43,016 bases of DNA from Candidatus Methanophagales archaeon (GTDB taxonomy: Archaea; Halobacteriota; Syntropharchaeia; Alkanophagales; Methanospirareceae), in contig JACUTR010000002.1 of the NCBI GenBank assembly GCA_014859735.1, positions 1 through 43,016 of the forward strand, in the 5' to 3' direction. Positions 34,616 through 43,016 of the stretch are shown piece by piece. The notes under the pieces were generated by a model. It searched no databases. It saw only the letters and a program-made list of their open reading frames with translations, and had not been told where the DNA came from. Each line of letters starts with the position of its first letter. Position 1 is the stretch's first letter. Both the position numbers and the translations under genes were made by a program.

Positions 34616-35485
34616 TTAACCAATCATCGTCCCTATTCCGCTATCGGTGAACAACTCAAGCAAAATGGAATGAGGTTCTCGTCCATTTATTATATGGGCG
34701 ATAACGCCGCCCGAAGCAGCCTTTAAACTCGCCTCCACTTTTGGTATCATTCCTTCCCCGATAACGTTCTTCGCGATGAACTCTTTGATCTCCGCGGGTG
34801 TTGCTTGGGATATTAAGGTGGTAGGGTCAGCGGGATTTCTCAGCACGCCAGGGACATCAGTGAGCAATATCAGCTTCTTTGCCTTTATTGCATACGCTAT
34901 CTCACCAGCTACCGAATCGGCATTGACGTTAAGGCTGTTTCCCGCATTATCTACTGCTATCGGGGATATGACCGGGATATAACCCCGCTCAGCCGTTATG
35001 TTTATTATTTCAGCGTTTATAGCTTCTATTTCACCGACCCAGCCGAGATCAACTTCCCTTTCCTCGCCTTCAATGCCAACCGTTTGCTTCCGCTTCTTCC
35101 TCGCTACGATTAAGGTACCGTCATTTCCTGACAGTCCAACTCCCTTACCGCCATGTTTCCCGATAAGCGATACGATGCGCTCATTTACGCTCCCTACAAG
35201 CACCATCCGAGCGATTTCCATTGTTTCGTCGTCAGTTATGCGGAGACCACCGATAAATTCAGGTTTCTTACCCAACCGCTCCATTAGCCTCGTTATCTCA
35301 GGACCACCTCCGTGAACTACCACGGGACATATTCCGACATATCTGAGCAGCACGACATCCTGCGTGATCTTATCCATGATGCTCTCGTCCACTAACGCAT
35401 GCCCACCTACCTTTATCACTACTTTCGAGCCGTAGAATTCACGAATGTACGGTAACGCCTCTATCAAGATCTCTTCTCTTCTCAT
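34616..35485 (-). CDS. argB: Acetylglutamate kinase
   Basis: 'VVIKVGGHA', 'VVVHGGGPEI', 'GLRITD' and 'NVNADSVAGEIA' are present. Confidence 0.9.
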   Translation of the reverse strand: MRREEILIEALPYIREFYGSKVVIKVGGHALVDESIMDKITQDVVLLRYVGICPVVVHGGGPEITRLMERLGKKPEFIGGLRITDDETMEIARMVLVGSVNERIVSLIGKHGGKGVGLSGNDGTLIVARKKRKQTVGIEGEEREVDLGWVGEIEAINAEIINITAERGYIPVISPIAVDNAGNSLNVNADSVAGEIAYAIKAKKLILLTDVPGVLRNPADPTTLISQATPAEIKEFIAKNVIGEGMIPKVEASLKAASGGVIAHIINGREPHSILLELFTDSGIGTMIG

Positions 35486-35540
35486 TTCACTATCTTTTAG
35501 AAGAAGCGGTTATTTTCTTAAAGGTTTCGATTTGCGAGTG

Positions 35541-36542
35541 CTAATTTCGCCACGTGACTTCCACTTCATCAGGTCTATAATTTGGCTTAACTCGAGAGCT
35601 CTCTATCGGTGTGGTGACGCCGCTTGTGAGCATGAGCAGTCCAAGATACGCAATCATCGCACCATTATCCTTCAAATATCTGTTCTCGGGGACGTAAAAC
35701 GTTCCTCCTCGGTCGTGACACATTGTTCGGAGCATCTGCTGTAATCGACGATTCGCCCCCACGCCTCCCGCTAACAACAGCTCATCTTTACCGCAATGCG
35801 CCATAGCGCGCTCGGTTACTTCAGTGAGCATGGCAAATGCAGTCTCCTGAAAGGAATAACAAACATCTTCCTTTTCATCGGGATGCGAATCTATAGCCTC
35901 TTTAGCGGCGGTGGTCAGCCCGGAGAAGGACAAATCCATCCCCTTCACTATGTACGGCATATACAGATAGGTAGTGCCTTTGGAAGCCAACTCCTCGATC
36001 TTTGGACCGCCTGGGTGACTGAGTCCGAGGTAGCGAGCAAACTTGTCCAGAGCATTTCCTATTCCGATATCCAGAGTTTCGCCTAACACACGATATCTTC
36101 CGGAACGGTATGCCAATACTTGCGAGTTTGCTCCACTCACGTACAATATCACCGGGTCTCTCACTCCACATCGCCATCTCCCAATCTCGATATGGGCGAC
36201 GCAATGATTAACGCCAATTAAGGGTATTTTAAAAGAAAGAGAAAGCGCTCGTGCTGCCGTCGCGACAGTTCTGAGGCAGGGACCCATGCCCGGCCCCTGG
36301 GAGAATGCAATTGCATCGATGCGGGTTAATGAAAACCCCGCTTCCTTTTCTTTTGCGCCTGTTAAAACTCGGGAGACCACCTCTTTCAGCTCGGCTGCGT
36401 GATGCTGAGCCGCTTCTCTTGGATGAATCCCGCCGTATTTAGGCTTATAGGTTGATTCCGCTTCGTATAGCACGCTCTCCTCGCTGACCAGTGCAGCGCC
36501 GAGGTTCCATGCGGTTCCTTCGAGACCCAATAGAATGGTCAT
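35541..36542 (-). CDS. kae1: tRNA N6-adenosine threonylcarbamoyltransferase Kae1 (stand-alone, no Bud32 fusion)
   Basis: 'ILGLEGTAWN', the metal motif 'VNHCVAHIE', 'VSGANSQV' and 'LAGGVGAN' are present. Confidence 0.9.
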   Translation of the reverse strand: MTILLGLEGTAWNLGAALVSEESVLYEAESTYKPKYGGIHPREAAQHHAAELKEVVSRVLTGAKEKEAGFSLTRIDAIAFSQGPGMGPCLRTVATAARALSLSFKIPLIGVNHCVAHIEIGRWRCGVRDPVILYVSGANSQVLAYRSGRYRVLGETLDIGIGNALDKFARYLGLSHPGGPKIEELASKGTTYLYMPYIVKGMDLSFSGLTTAAKEAIDSHPDEKEDVCYSFQETAFAMLTEVTERAMAHCGKDELLLAGGVGANRRLQQMLRTMCHDRGGTFYVPENRYLKDNGAMIAYLGLLMLTSGVTTPIESSRVKPNYRPDEVEVTWRN

Positions 36543-36680
36543 TTAAATTGCAGATTAGCTCTTACTCTTCTTTTCTAGCCCCCGAAAAAATAAGTAGACT
36601 TTGATCAGTAGATTATGCCCTTTTCAGCGACCCTGCTCGATCTCTAACCTTCTCTCTATGGCATTCAGCCATTTCCGCAT

Positions 36681-36760
36681 CGTGGGCTCTGCCCATCACG
36701 GGCTCTGCCCGTGCCCCCGCAAGCCCCGGAGGGGCTTACCCGAAAACCCTGAAAGGGTTT
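36681..36760. repeat. GC-rich double-hairpin repeat, copies 4a/4b (inverted orientation, nested or tandem pair)
   Basis: The sequence is CGTGGGCtctGCCCAT / CACGGGCtctGCCCGTG / AAGCCCCggaGGGGCTT / AAACCCTgaaAGGGTTT. It supplies the last 8 codons and the stop of the 118-aa ORF. Confidence 0.85.
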
Positions 36761-37092
36761 ATGCTTACGATTGCTCGCGCTTCTATCATGGTGAATGGTA
36801 TGCACCGATCTTCTCTAAAGACTATCTCTCGGTATCTTCTCATCTCCTCTGAAATATCCTGAAATCGTCCATCTCTTCTTAGAATCTCTCCCATTATCTG
36901 TAATACCTCCCTCATCCTCTCCACCTGAGAGAGACCGATTTCAATGAGAGACTCGATGGTATCTTTTAAATCATCGGGTGGGAGCGGGGATTCCATTACA
37001 CATATCATCCTAACTCCTTTCTTTCCTTTTACCATAACATCATCCTGAACCCATACAAGAGGCGCAGATGTGGATGAGGTACTCTCCGTCAT
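36736..37092 (-). CDS. Hypothetical protein (118 aa)
   Basis: This is the long ORF at the head of the co-directional gene array. No motif was recognised, and the C-terminus is encoded by the repeat element. Confidence 0.4.
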   Translation of the reverse strand: MTESTSSTSAPLVWVQDDVMVKGKKGVRMICVMESPLPPDDLKDTIESLIEIGLSQVERMREVLQIMGEILRRDGRFQDISEEMRRYREIVFREDRCIPFTMIEARAIVSINPFRVFG

Positions 37093-37235
37093 GAATTATA
37101 CTTTCTCTTATACGCTTTAAAATATAATCTAAAAATGTATCTCCTCGTTTCCCATTTAGAAATTTATCTTGGTATTCCAATAATATCCTAAGGCACCCCT
37201 CGCCACAACAAAGCTAACGAGGAAATCGGGATGCA

Positions 37236-37535
37236 ATGAAGAAAGAAGAACTGATACATCTCCATATGTTATTGGCTCAATTCAAGAGGTATTGTGAAGA
37301 GAAAGGCTTCGACTGTGATTTCACGAAGTACAAAGAGCTGGGCATTTCCCCTTTCGACTTGCACCGCAGCAAGGACGAACACAAGCAGGCTATTTTTGTT
37401 CTTGCGTCTGAACTGGCATCAATGGCAGCGAAGAAGCCGAAACGCGAGGCGGATATAAAACGGGGAAGTATTAACGGGCTTACATCTAAGGCGATAGTCC
37501 TCTGTTTTTCTCATTATGCACGAAGTGGTAAGTAA
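37236..37535 (+). CDS. Small helical protein, UPF0058-like
   Basis: The N-terminus 'KKEELIHLHMLLAQFKRYCEE' resembles the archaeal UPF0058 family as I recall it. Confidence 0.45.
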   Translation: MKKEELIHLHMLLAQFKRYCEEKGFDCDFTKYKELGISPFDLHRSKDEHKQAIFVLASELASMAAKKPKREADIKRGSINGLTSKAIVLCFSHYARSGK

Positions 37536-38313
37536 TCAGCGGAAATTGGTTGAAATCCTAAAAGAGATCCCACAGCCTGTTTGGGACCGCGTTGTTAAAA
37601 AAGCGCCCGAGTGGCAGAATCTGGTTTCATTCTCCAACCTTTATGGATTTGGTCCATTTTCAGTGCTAATGCTCGTCATTGGCCTGAATGCATACCAGTT
37701 GAAGGGTAGAGCAGAGATAGCTTACTTCCCGAAGATTAGAGAACTTCTGGAGCAGTATCCGACACCGAGAACACCACGAGAACTTCTCAATCTACTCAAT
37801 TTGTTCTACGCACATGAGCGCCTTAACTCAATAAAATCAAAACGTTTAGAAAGATTCTTAAAAAGTCCTTTGGCATCAAACTTATGGAAAAGTTCTCTGG
37901 AAGAGATCTCTTCAAACTTCATAAGGATTTGGGGTGAATTAACTCAACTCATGGGACAGAGACCCCAGGACAAGACGATCGCCTTTGCAATGAAATGCTT
38001 GGGTTTATCTTTGTTAATGGACCGAGAGCATAATTTTGAGTTCAATAAGATATCGATCCCGGTGGATTCGCGTGTAGCAAAACTCACCCAAAGGGCTGTT
38101 CTTTGCATCACTATGAAAGATCAAGAGATCCAAGCGGTCTGGAACGAAATTCTTTCTGATTTGCAACGTACTCTTCCACGCATCACGATGATCCATTTGG
38201 ATAGCTTAGTTTGGCAGATCGGTTCATTACAAGAGAGCGAGTTACGCGATTATTTCAAAACGGTGGGCATAGATAAGGTGGGTTCGGATATATGCAATTA
38301 TTTAAAGCTCTGA
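37516..38313 (+). CDS. Probable archaeal 8-oxoguanine N-glycosylase/DNA lyase (AGOG-like)
   Basis: The 265-aa all-helical protein has an HhH-like region ('LNAYQLKGRAEIAYF', 'KCLGLSL...IPVDSRVAKLT'). The assignment rests on resemblance and has not been verified. Confidence 0.5.
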   Translation: MHEVVSNQRKLVEILKEIPQPVWDRVVKKAPEWQNLVSFSNLYGFGPFSVLMLVIGLNAYQLKGRAEIAYFPKIRELLEQYPTPRTPRELLNLLNLFYAHERLNSIKSKRLERFLKSPLASNLWKSSLEEISSNFIRIWGELTQLMGQRPQDKTIAFAMKCLGLSLLMDREHNFEFNKISIPVDSRVAKLTQRAVLCITMKDQEIQAVWNEILSDLQRTLPRITMIHLDSLVWQIGSLQESELRDYFKTVGIDKVGSDICNYLKL

Positions 38314-38369
38314 GTATTTGACCGCTAATGCTCAAAACGAATAATTAACTAAAAAGAAAAAGTGTGTAG

Positions 38370-38915
38370 ATGGAAATCGTAGTGCTGCGATTGGGACACC
38401 GGCCGGAGCGAGATAAACGAGTAACGACGCATGTCGGATTGGTTGGACGTGCATTGGGAGCACGAGGCATGCTCCTCGCTGCTGATGATCGGGGCGTGGA
38501 GAGGAGTATAAAAAAAGTAACGACGCTGTGGGGTGGTAATTTCTTTGTCAAAACGGGTGTGAAATGGGAGGATGAGATAAAGGGGTGGAAACAGGAAGGC
38601 GGAAAAGTGTGTCATCTGACGATGTACGGTGAGAACATCCTCGACGTGATAGATGAGATACGGGAAGAAGCAAAGAAGGAGAATGCACGTTTAATGGTCG
38701 TCGTAGGAGCCGAAAAAGTCCCTTATGAGGTTTTCGAAGCTGCGGACTGGAACATTGCGGTAGGAAATCAACCGCATTCAGAGATAGCAGCGTTAGCGTT
38801 ATTGCTCGATTATTTACAGGAAGGTAAAGAATTAAAAGCGGTATTTGAGCACGCGGAGCTGAAAATAGTGCCAAAGAGAAGAGGTAAAGAGGTAATAATG
38901 ACGAGGAAGGAGTAA
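38370..38915 (+). CDS. trm56: tRNA (cytidine56-2'-O)-methyltransferase aTrm56 (SPOUT)
   Basis: 'VLRLGHRPERDKRVTTHVGLVGRALGA' and 'MVVVGAEKVP...ADWNIAVGNQPHSE' are characteristic. Confidence 0.85.
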   Translation: MEIVVLRLGHRPERDKRVTTHVGLVGRALGARGMLLAADDRGVERSIKKVTTLWGGNFFVKTGVKWEDEIKGWKQEGGKVCHLTMYGENILDVIDEIREEAKKENARLMVVVGAEKVPYEVFEAADWNIAVGNQPHSEIAALALLLDYLQEGKELKAVFEHAELKIVPKRRGKEVIMTRKE

Positions 38916-38924
38916 ACGATATGA

Positions 38925-39218
38925 CTAAACCACTTCTACTCCTCCTTTTTCGCCTGGCTTCGCCCCACTCGGTAACCGCTTCAACTCCTCCGGCACTTTC
39001 ACGCGTAGTATGTTCGTCGAACGAACATGGTAGACGGGGTCCCCGGTCATCGGGTCATAATCTTCGGTGCGGATAATGCTACTGACGATCGTCTTAAACT
39101 TCAATACCGTGCCATCTTCCAGCTTGTACTCATTCCAATCCTCTTTTATCGTCTCAAAATCGACATCCATCGCTTCTATTTCCCTCCCATTGGGCAGGCG
39201 CACTTTCAATTTCTTCAC
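38925..39218 (-). CDS. Hypothetical small protein (97 aa)
   Basis: The ORF is clean and coding-like, with beta-rich sequence. No family was recognised. Confidence 0.45.
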   Translation of the reverse strand: MKKLKVRLPNGREIEAMDVDFETIKEDWNEYKLEDGTVLKFKTIVSSIIRTEDYDPMTGDPVYHVRSTNILRVKVPEELKRLPSGAKPGEKGGVEVV

Positions 39219-39613
39219 CTTTCCCTTACTTATAGGTCTATTATATCTACGATATTAAGACTAAAAAGAGTACAAGCTAAAAAAACCATGCCACTATTTT
39301 CGAAGCCTGTTGGGAGGATAAAAAAAGTCATGGCGCTTAATTTGACCTTTAGCTATCTTTCTCCCAGACTTCTTCCTCGTCCGAAGGCATGGGTGTCACT
39401 ATCCTAAAGAAGGAAGGGGTATATAAACTTTTCGGTTAAGGATAAAAAGTTTAAGCATCGCGCATCGCGAAGATGCAACTCATCAACCGAAAAATCATGC
39501 GGAGGGGAAGAAAAAGGCACCGAGTTACCGGTAAAAATTACGAAACGCTTTTTCCTTTTTTAGCTCGTTACGATGAAAGAATAGAGAAAGTCTTGATTTT
39601 TTGTTTTTGGTTA

Positions 39614-42058
39614 CTACGTAACCAGTAGGTCTCCCACCTCTCGCTCATACATGTCCCTCATATACGCCATCGAACCACCTATAATCCGGACGAGCGCGGA
39701 GATGAAAAGTACGCCATACACACTGCACGCAATGAAGAACAAAGAGAGTATAAACCTCCTTTCGCCTTTTAGATTAGTTAAATCCTCTTCGGTCTTATCG
39801 GCCAGAAGTAGCTCGCCTGAGACCTTGTACTTCTTTGTTGCCTCCTCTAAGTACCTCTCCGCCATTTTATAGCTCTCCAAAAAGGTATCATAGTCATAAG
39901 GATTTAAAAGCAGATGCAGATCCCCAATTCTAATGAGGTCATTCTCCTTGCTGTTTGACAGCGCATTATCCGCTTTAATACGAAGCTCCGCTGCATCACT
40001 TACCAATTCATCATGTTTGTCCATGAGCAAAGATCCCTCATGAACACTTCCTAATCTCTTCTCTCTGTTGTTGAGCAGCCCGTAGAGCATGGCGGCATAC
40101 TGATAAGAAATCGCTGATTCAAGCACGTTTTCTTCATTTTTTAAGCCACTGATATCATTCATTGCGAGTGCGTGCTCCACTGCCTTCTTTATGGTCCAGC
40201 CGCGCAATTCAAGCAGCTTCGCCGCATCCAGCAGCACCTCCTCCGTCGTCTGGTCCGCGCTCGCTGACATATCCGTTGCATAGCCCGATATATCCCGGTT
40301 GTTTAGATTTGAGTTCGATTCTATCGTCGAGGTTGATACCGAGGCAGCCGATAAGCTCTCCACTGTTTTTCCATAGTTCTCCTCTTCGCTGGAAACGATA
40401 CCGCCATTCAACGAGGATAGTAACGAAAGCGTTCCCTTCATCAAAACCGGTATTTTTTGCCAGTCCTCAGCACTCACTTCACTTCCCGCTATAATCTCCA
40501 ATATCCCTATTCCGTCTGATATGATAGATTCTGAGGATGGATAATTACGATACAAGGGGGTTTCTCGGAATGATTTAAAATCCTCTATCATCTTGGTGAT
40601 ATTGAGTGGAACGATCTTTGCCTTTACCTCCATTCGCTTTGCTCCTATCCCGGATGCACTGAGAGCATACCTCCACAGATAGTCCTGAGGCACCGCCTCT
40701 AATCCCGGCTCTATCTTGAGCGTAATGGTTCGTGACGCACCTGGCGGGATTTCAGCAAAATCCCACTCCTCTCTCAGCCAGTTCCCGTATTCACCACTCT
40801 TAGAAATGCGTAAATTCCGCACCGGTTTGTAGTGATAGAACTCCGTTAAGGTTATATTCTCGCTTTTCTCTTCATATCCTCGCTCTTTCAGCTCTAAAGA
40901 GCCGAAATCAATAGACGTGGGAGAGATGGTGAAATCAACCGGCCATATTATCTCTATGGTTATGTCCACACTTCCACGCCCAGCATTATATTTACCATCT
41001 TTATCTGTCGCATCTATACGCAGTCTCCCACGATATGTTCCTTCAGGAGCGTCGTATGGTGCGACGACATGAAGGCTGATGGTTTCACTGCTCTTCCCCG
41101 AAACCGATCCTGAAGGATTAACTATCCTAATCGTTATTCCGCTTGGGGATTCGGTGAACTTGCTCGTAAAAGACAGTATCTCGTCACCGTCATTTCTCAC
41201 TCGCACCTCTATGTATCTGTCATATTTCGGAACCGTTCCCTTTGGCTTGTCGAATTTTATTTCCAGATATTCATCGTAAAGTGTGCCGAGCTTTGGCGGC
41301 ATCAATATGTATGCCTCGATAGGTATCGTGGCAGAGCCAGCGTTATTGCTTGTAATTTTATATTCCCATGAATATCTGTTATAATCGGGATGTTTTTCTG
41401 ATTTCATTTGAAATGTGAGGCTATAAGGATGAGAATGAGAAACCGAACCTATATCACCATATTTGTCAGGTTCAACCCAATTGTTTCCACTTATCCTTGG
41501 CAATATGCTTACACCTGAAGCGGATTTATACCCTAATACCTCCCTTATCTCAACCGTCCTTGATGGCGATTCCTTCCTTCCAACTCTTCCAAAATCGATT
41601 GAAGAAGGAGATACCTCGATCTTTGCATAGTAGATTATCGTTACCGTGACTTTCACTATCTCTTTTATTTCTCCATTTGACCTTATTTTAACCTCTTCAA
41701 CATGTTTCCCCTCAGAAGCGTATGATGATGCCCAAATCGTAATTTTTATAGATTTGGATTCGCCGTCCTCGAGACTAAAGGAGGAAGGGAGTGGTGTAAT
41801 GCGTATTCTATCATTGTCGTCGCTAACAGAATCTATAGTTATCGTGTCATTTCCTGAAATAGTGATCGTAAAATACTCATCAGTTGAATAATCTCTACTC
41901 CCTATTGGCTGATTGAATGCGAAGCTTACATCTATCAAAGAAGGATTTACTATTACATCCGATGCTCCAGCGTTCCCTGTAAAGATTAAAAGAGCAAAAA
42001 GTATAACAGTTCCAAGTGCAATCTTAACCAATAAGCTCTTCGCCCAGTCTGGTATCAT
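39614..42058 (-). CDS. Large surface protein: signal/anchor, about four beta-sandwich modules with a recurrent 'SP(S/T)SIDFG' motif, a helical region and a C-terminal TM
   Basis: 'IEVSPSSIDFGRVGRKE' and 'FTISPTSIDFGSLELKE' are PapD/ASH-like 'P..(I/L)DFG' starts. The N-terminal 'LLVKIALGTVILFALLIF' and C-terminal 'FILSLFFIACSVYGVLFISALV' are TM segments. The start was set at ATG 42058 (MIPDW); the ORF track extends to 42154. Confidence 0.55.
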   Translation of the reverse strand: MIPDWAKSLLVKIALGTVILFALLIFTGNAGASDVIVNPSLIDVSFAFNQPIGSRDYSTDEYFTITISGNDTITIDSVSDDNDRIRITPLPSSFSLEDGESKSIKITIWASSYASEGKHVEEVKIRSNGEIKEIVKVTVTIIYYAKIEVSPSSIDFGRVGRKESPSRTVEIREVLGYKSASGVSILPRISGNNWVEPDKYGDIGSVSHSHPYSLTFQMKSEKHPDYNRYSWEYKITSNNAGSATIPIEAYILMPPKLGTLYDEYLEIKFDKPKGTVPKYDRYIEVRVRNDGDEILSFTSKFTESPSGITIRIVNPSGSVSGKSSETISLHVVAPYDAPEGTYRGRLRIDATDKDGKYNAGRGSVDITIEIIWPVDFTISPTSIDFGSLELKERGYEEKSENITLTEFYHYKPVRNLRISKSGEYGNWLREEWDFAEIPPGASRTITLKIEPGLEAVPQDYLWRYALSASGIGAKRMEVKAKIVPLNITKMIEDFKSFRETPLYRNYPSSESIISDGIGILEIIAGSEVSAEDWQKIPVLMKGTLSLLSSLNGGIVSSEEENYGKTVESLSAASVSTSTIESNSNLNNRDISGYATDMSASADQTTEEVLLDAAKLLELRGWTIKKAVEHALAMNDISGLKNEENVLESAISYQYAAMLYGLLNNREKRLGSVHEGSLLMDKHDELVSDAAELRIKADNALSNSKENDLIRIGDLHLLLNPYDYDTFLESYKMAERYLEEATKKYKVSGELLLADKTEEDLTNLKGERRFILSLFFIACSVYGVLFISALVRIIGGSMAYMRDMYEREVGDLLVT

Positions 42059-43010
42059 CCAGTTCCTCACCCCATCTCTTGAAATCCCTCCATAGTATAA
42101 AGGAGAAGAAGGAGAGAAGAAGAAGATAAATCGCAACGACCTTGAGCGTTTCAAGCATCAACCTCCGATAAACCGTTTTTATCTCTGCTTCAATCCCTCT
42201 CACATTGTGCAGTTCTCTATCCTTGTGGTTCTCATATATCCTCGTCGCCTCTTCAAACGAATCTCTCGCTTTGATTACCTCCATGAACGCCGCGCCAAAG
42301 AACCCTGAAGACGGATTTCGTGCACGGGCAAGGTGTAACTTTGATGCATTTAGGTACTCCGATGCCCTTTCCATATCCCTGTTATAGACCCATTCGTCTC
42401 TCCTTGACTCGAACTCCATCCTGCTTGCATCGCTTATCGTATATACACCGCCCTTTTTGTATGAAATCGCGCTTATCTGCTCATATTCAATCTTCACCCT
42501 TGTCTCTCCCTCGTTCCGTGCAAGATTCTCAAAGAATTCCCCCTCACCTCTATAAAATCGTTCGAGTGCAAGCTCTGCGAGCAGAGGTATCCCATTCCCT
42601 TTTGCGGTCTCGTATCGGGTGAGCATAGTTATGGACGTAGTTATTCTCTCCGCGATTTCAATCGCTTCGACATGATCTGAAGGAACTGAGCTTTTGCTCA
42701 AACCCGCCACCTTTTCGAAATCATCAATAATCCCGAGGAAAATTCTCACCCACTCCTTTGTAATCGAAGTCACCTCGCGACCTTCCATCCCCTGGATTAC
42801 TGCCTGCGTCTTTGTCTTTGCAAGATATAACTCACCATACTCATCAAATAATTCGGGCCTGTCTGCGGTATCTAGCGATATAAGCTCTTCAAGTATCTCC
42901 CTCTTCAACTCGTCTGAGCCGGCCGCAGGTATGGAGAAGAACAGGATAGTGATGATGAGTATGGTTAGTGTTAAGGTCATCACGGTGACCCAACTTTGTT
43001 TTTTCATCAA
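42024..43010 (-). CDS. Bitopic membrane protein: N-terminal anchor, helical ectodomain, C-terminal TM
   Basis: 'VTVMTLTLTILIITILFFSI' and 'VVAIYLLLLSFFSFILW' are TM segments. No family was recognised. It lies directly upstream of the 846-aa gene. Confidence 0.45.
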   Translation of the reverse strand: MMKKQSWVTVMTLTLTILIITILFFSIPAAGSDELKREILEELISLDTADRPELFDEYGELYLAKTKTQAVIQGMEGREVTSITKEWVRIFLGIIDDFEKVAGLSKSSVPSDHVEAIEIAERITTSITMLTRYETAKGNGIPLLAELALERFYRGEGEFFENLARNEGETRVKIEYEQISAISYKKGGVYTISDASRMEFESRRDEWVYNRDMERASEYLNASKLHLARARNPSSGFFGAAFMEVIKARDSFEEATRIYENHKDRELHNVRGIEAEIKTVYRRLMLETLKVVAIYLLLLSFFSFILWRDFKRWGEELDDTRLGEELIG

Positions 43011-43016
43011 AAAATA

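Noticed and set aside
36681-36760. Possible CRISPR array, given the repeated GC-rich palindromes
   Set aside because: The copies are dispersed singly at gene junctions. The one tandem pair has no spacer-like unique sequence. No regular repeat-spacer periodicity or cas genes are present.
39219-39613. A 395-bp intergenic region as a possible ncRNA or tRNA locus
   Set aside because: No tRNA T-arm or acceptor features and no C/D-box pattern were seen. The only structure is a short hairpin (GCATC..GATGC) and an AAACTTTT-N11-AAAAGTTT inverted repeat. The evidence is insufficient for a call.

Overview
This looks like an archaeal chromosomal segment of methanogen or ANME type. The markers are F430 genes cfbA/cfbC/cfbB, A-type ATPase subunits, aTrm56, an AGOG-like glycosylase, Kae1, an archaeal-type GluRS and an RFAP-synthase-like gene. 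No rRNA, tRNA or CRISPR array was recognised by eye. Most of the window is a tetrapyrrole supercluster. It holds cfbA-cfbC/cfbB, sirC-hemA-hemB, hemD, cobA, hemL-hemC-gltX, and one long minus-strand operon cbiM-N-Q-O-T-L-F-G-G-HC-D. Upstream of that operon is a translationally coupled set: a PP-loop ATPase, a CPxC membrane protein, ExbB-like and ExbD-like genes, and a secreted, membrane-anchored CobN-like protein. I rate this the best candidate for an undescribed system, namely a PMF-energised extracytoplasmic chelatase or tetrapyrrole/metal acquisition machine in an organism without an outer membrane. Other notable points follow. (1) A visibly AT-rich islet of about 2.1 kb (7345-9434) splits hemD from cobA. 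It carries a PIN toxin with an overlapping downstream 45-aa ORF bracketed by inverted repeats, and an EVE-like/PD-(D/E)XK fusion bracketed by GTTAGGC/GCCTAAC motifs. (2) A 491-bp TIR-bounded element encoding a GxxExxY nuclease-fold protein sits exactly in the cbiL-cbiF junction and fuses in frame to cbiL. An ORF-less MITE-like relative lies at 14.3 kb. (3) A GC-rich double-hairpin repeat family with compensatory stem changes occurs at four gene junctions. (4) The GluRS in the hem cluster has both HIGH histidines replaced. (5) A 31-nt AT-rich palindromic motif is shared by two loci. (6) There is an orphan A-ATPase H-E-F module. All family assignments come from reading motifs in the translations; no database search was run.
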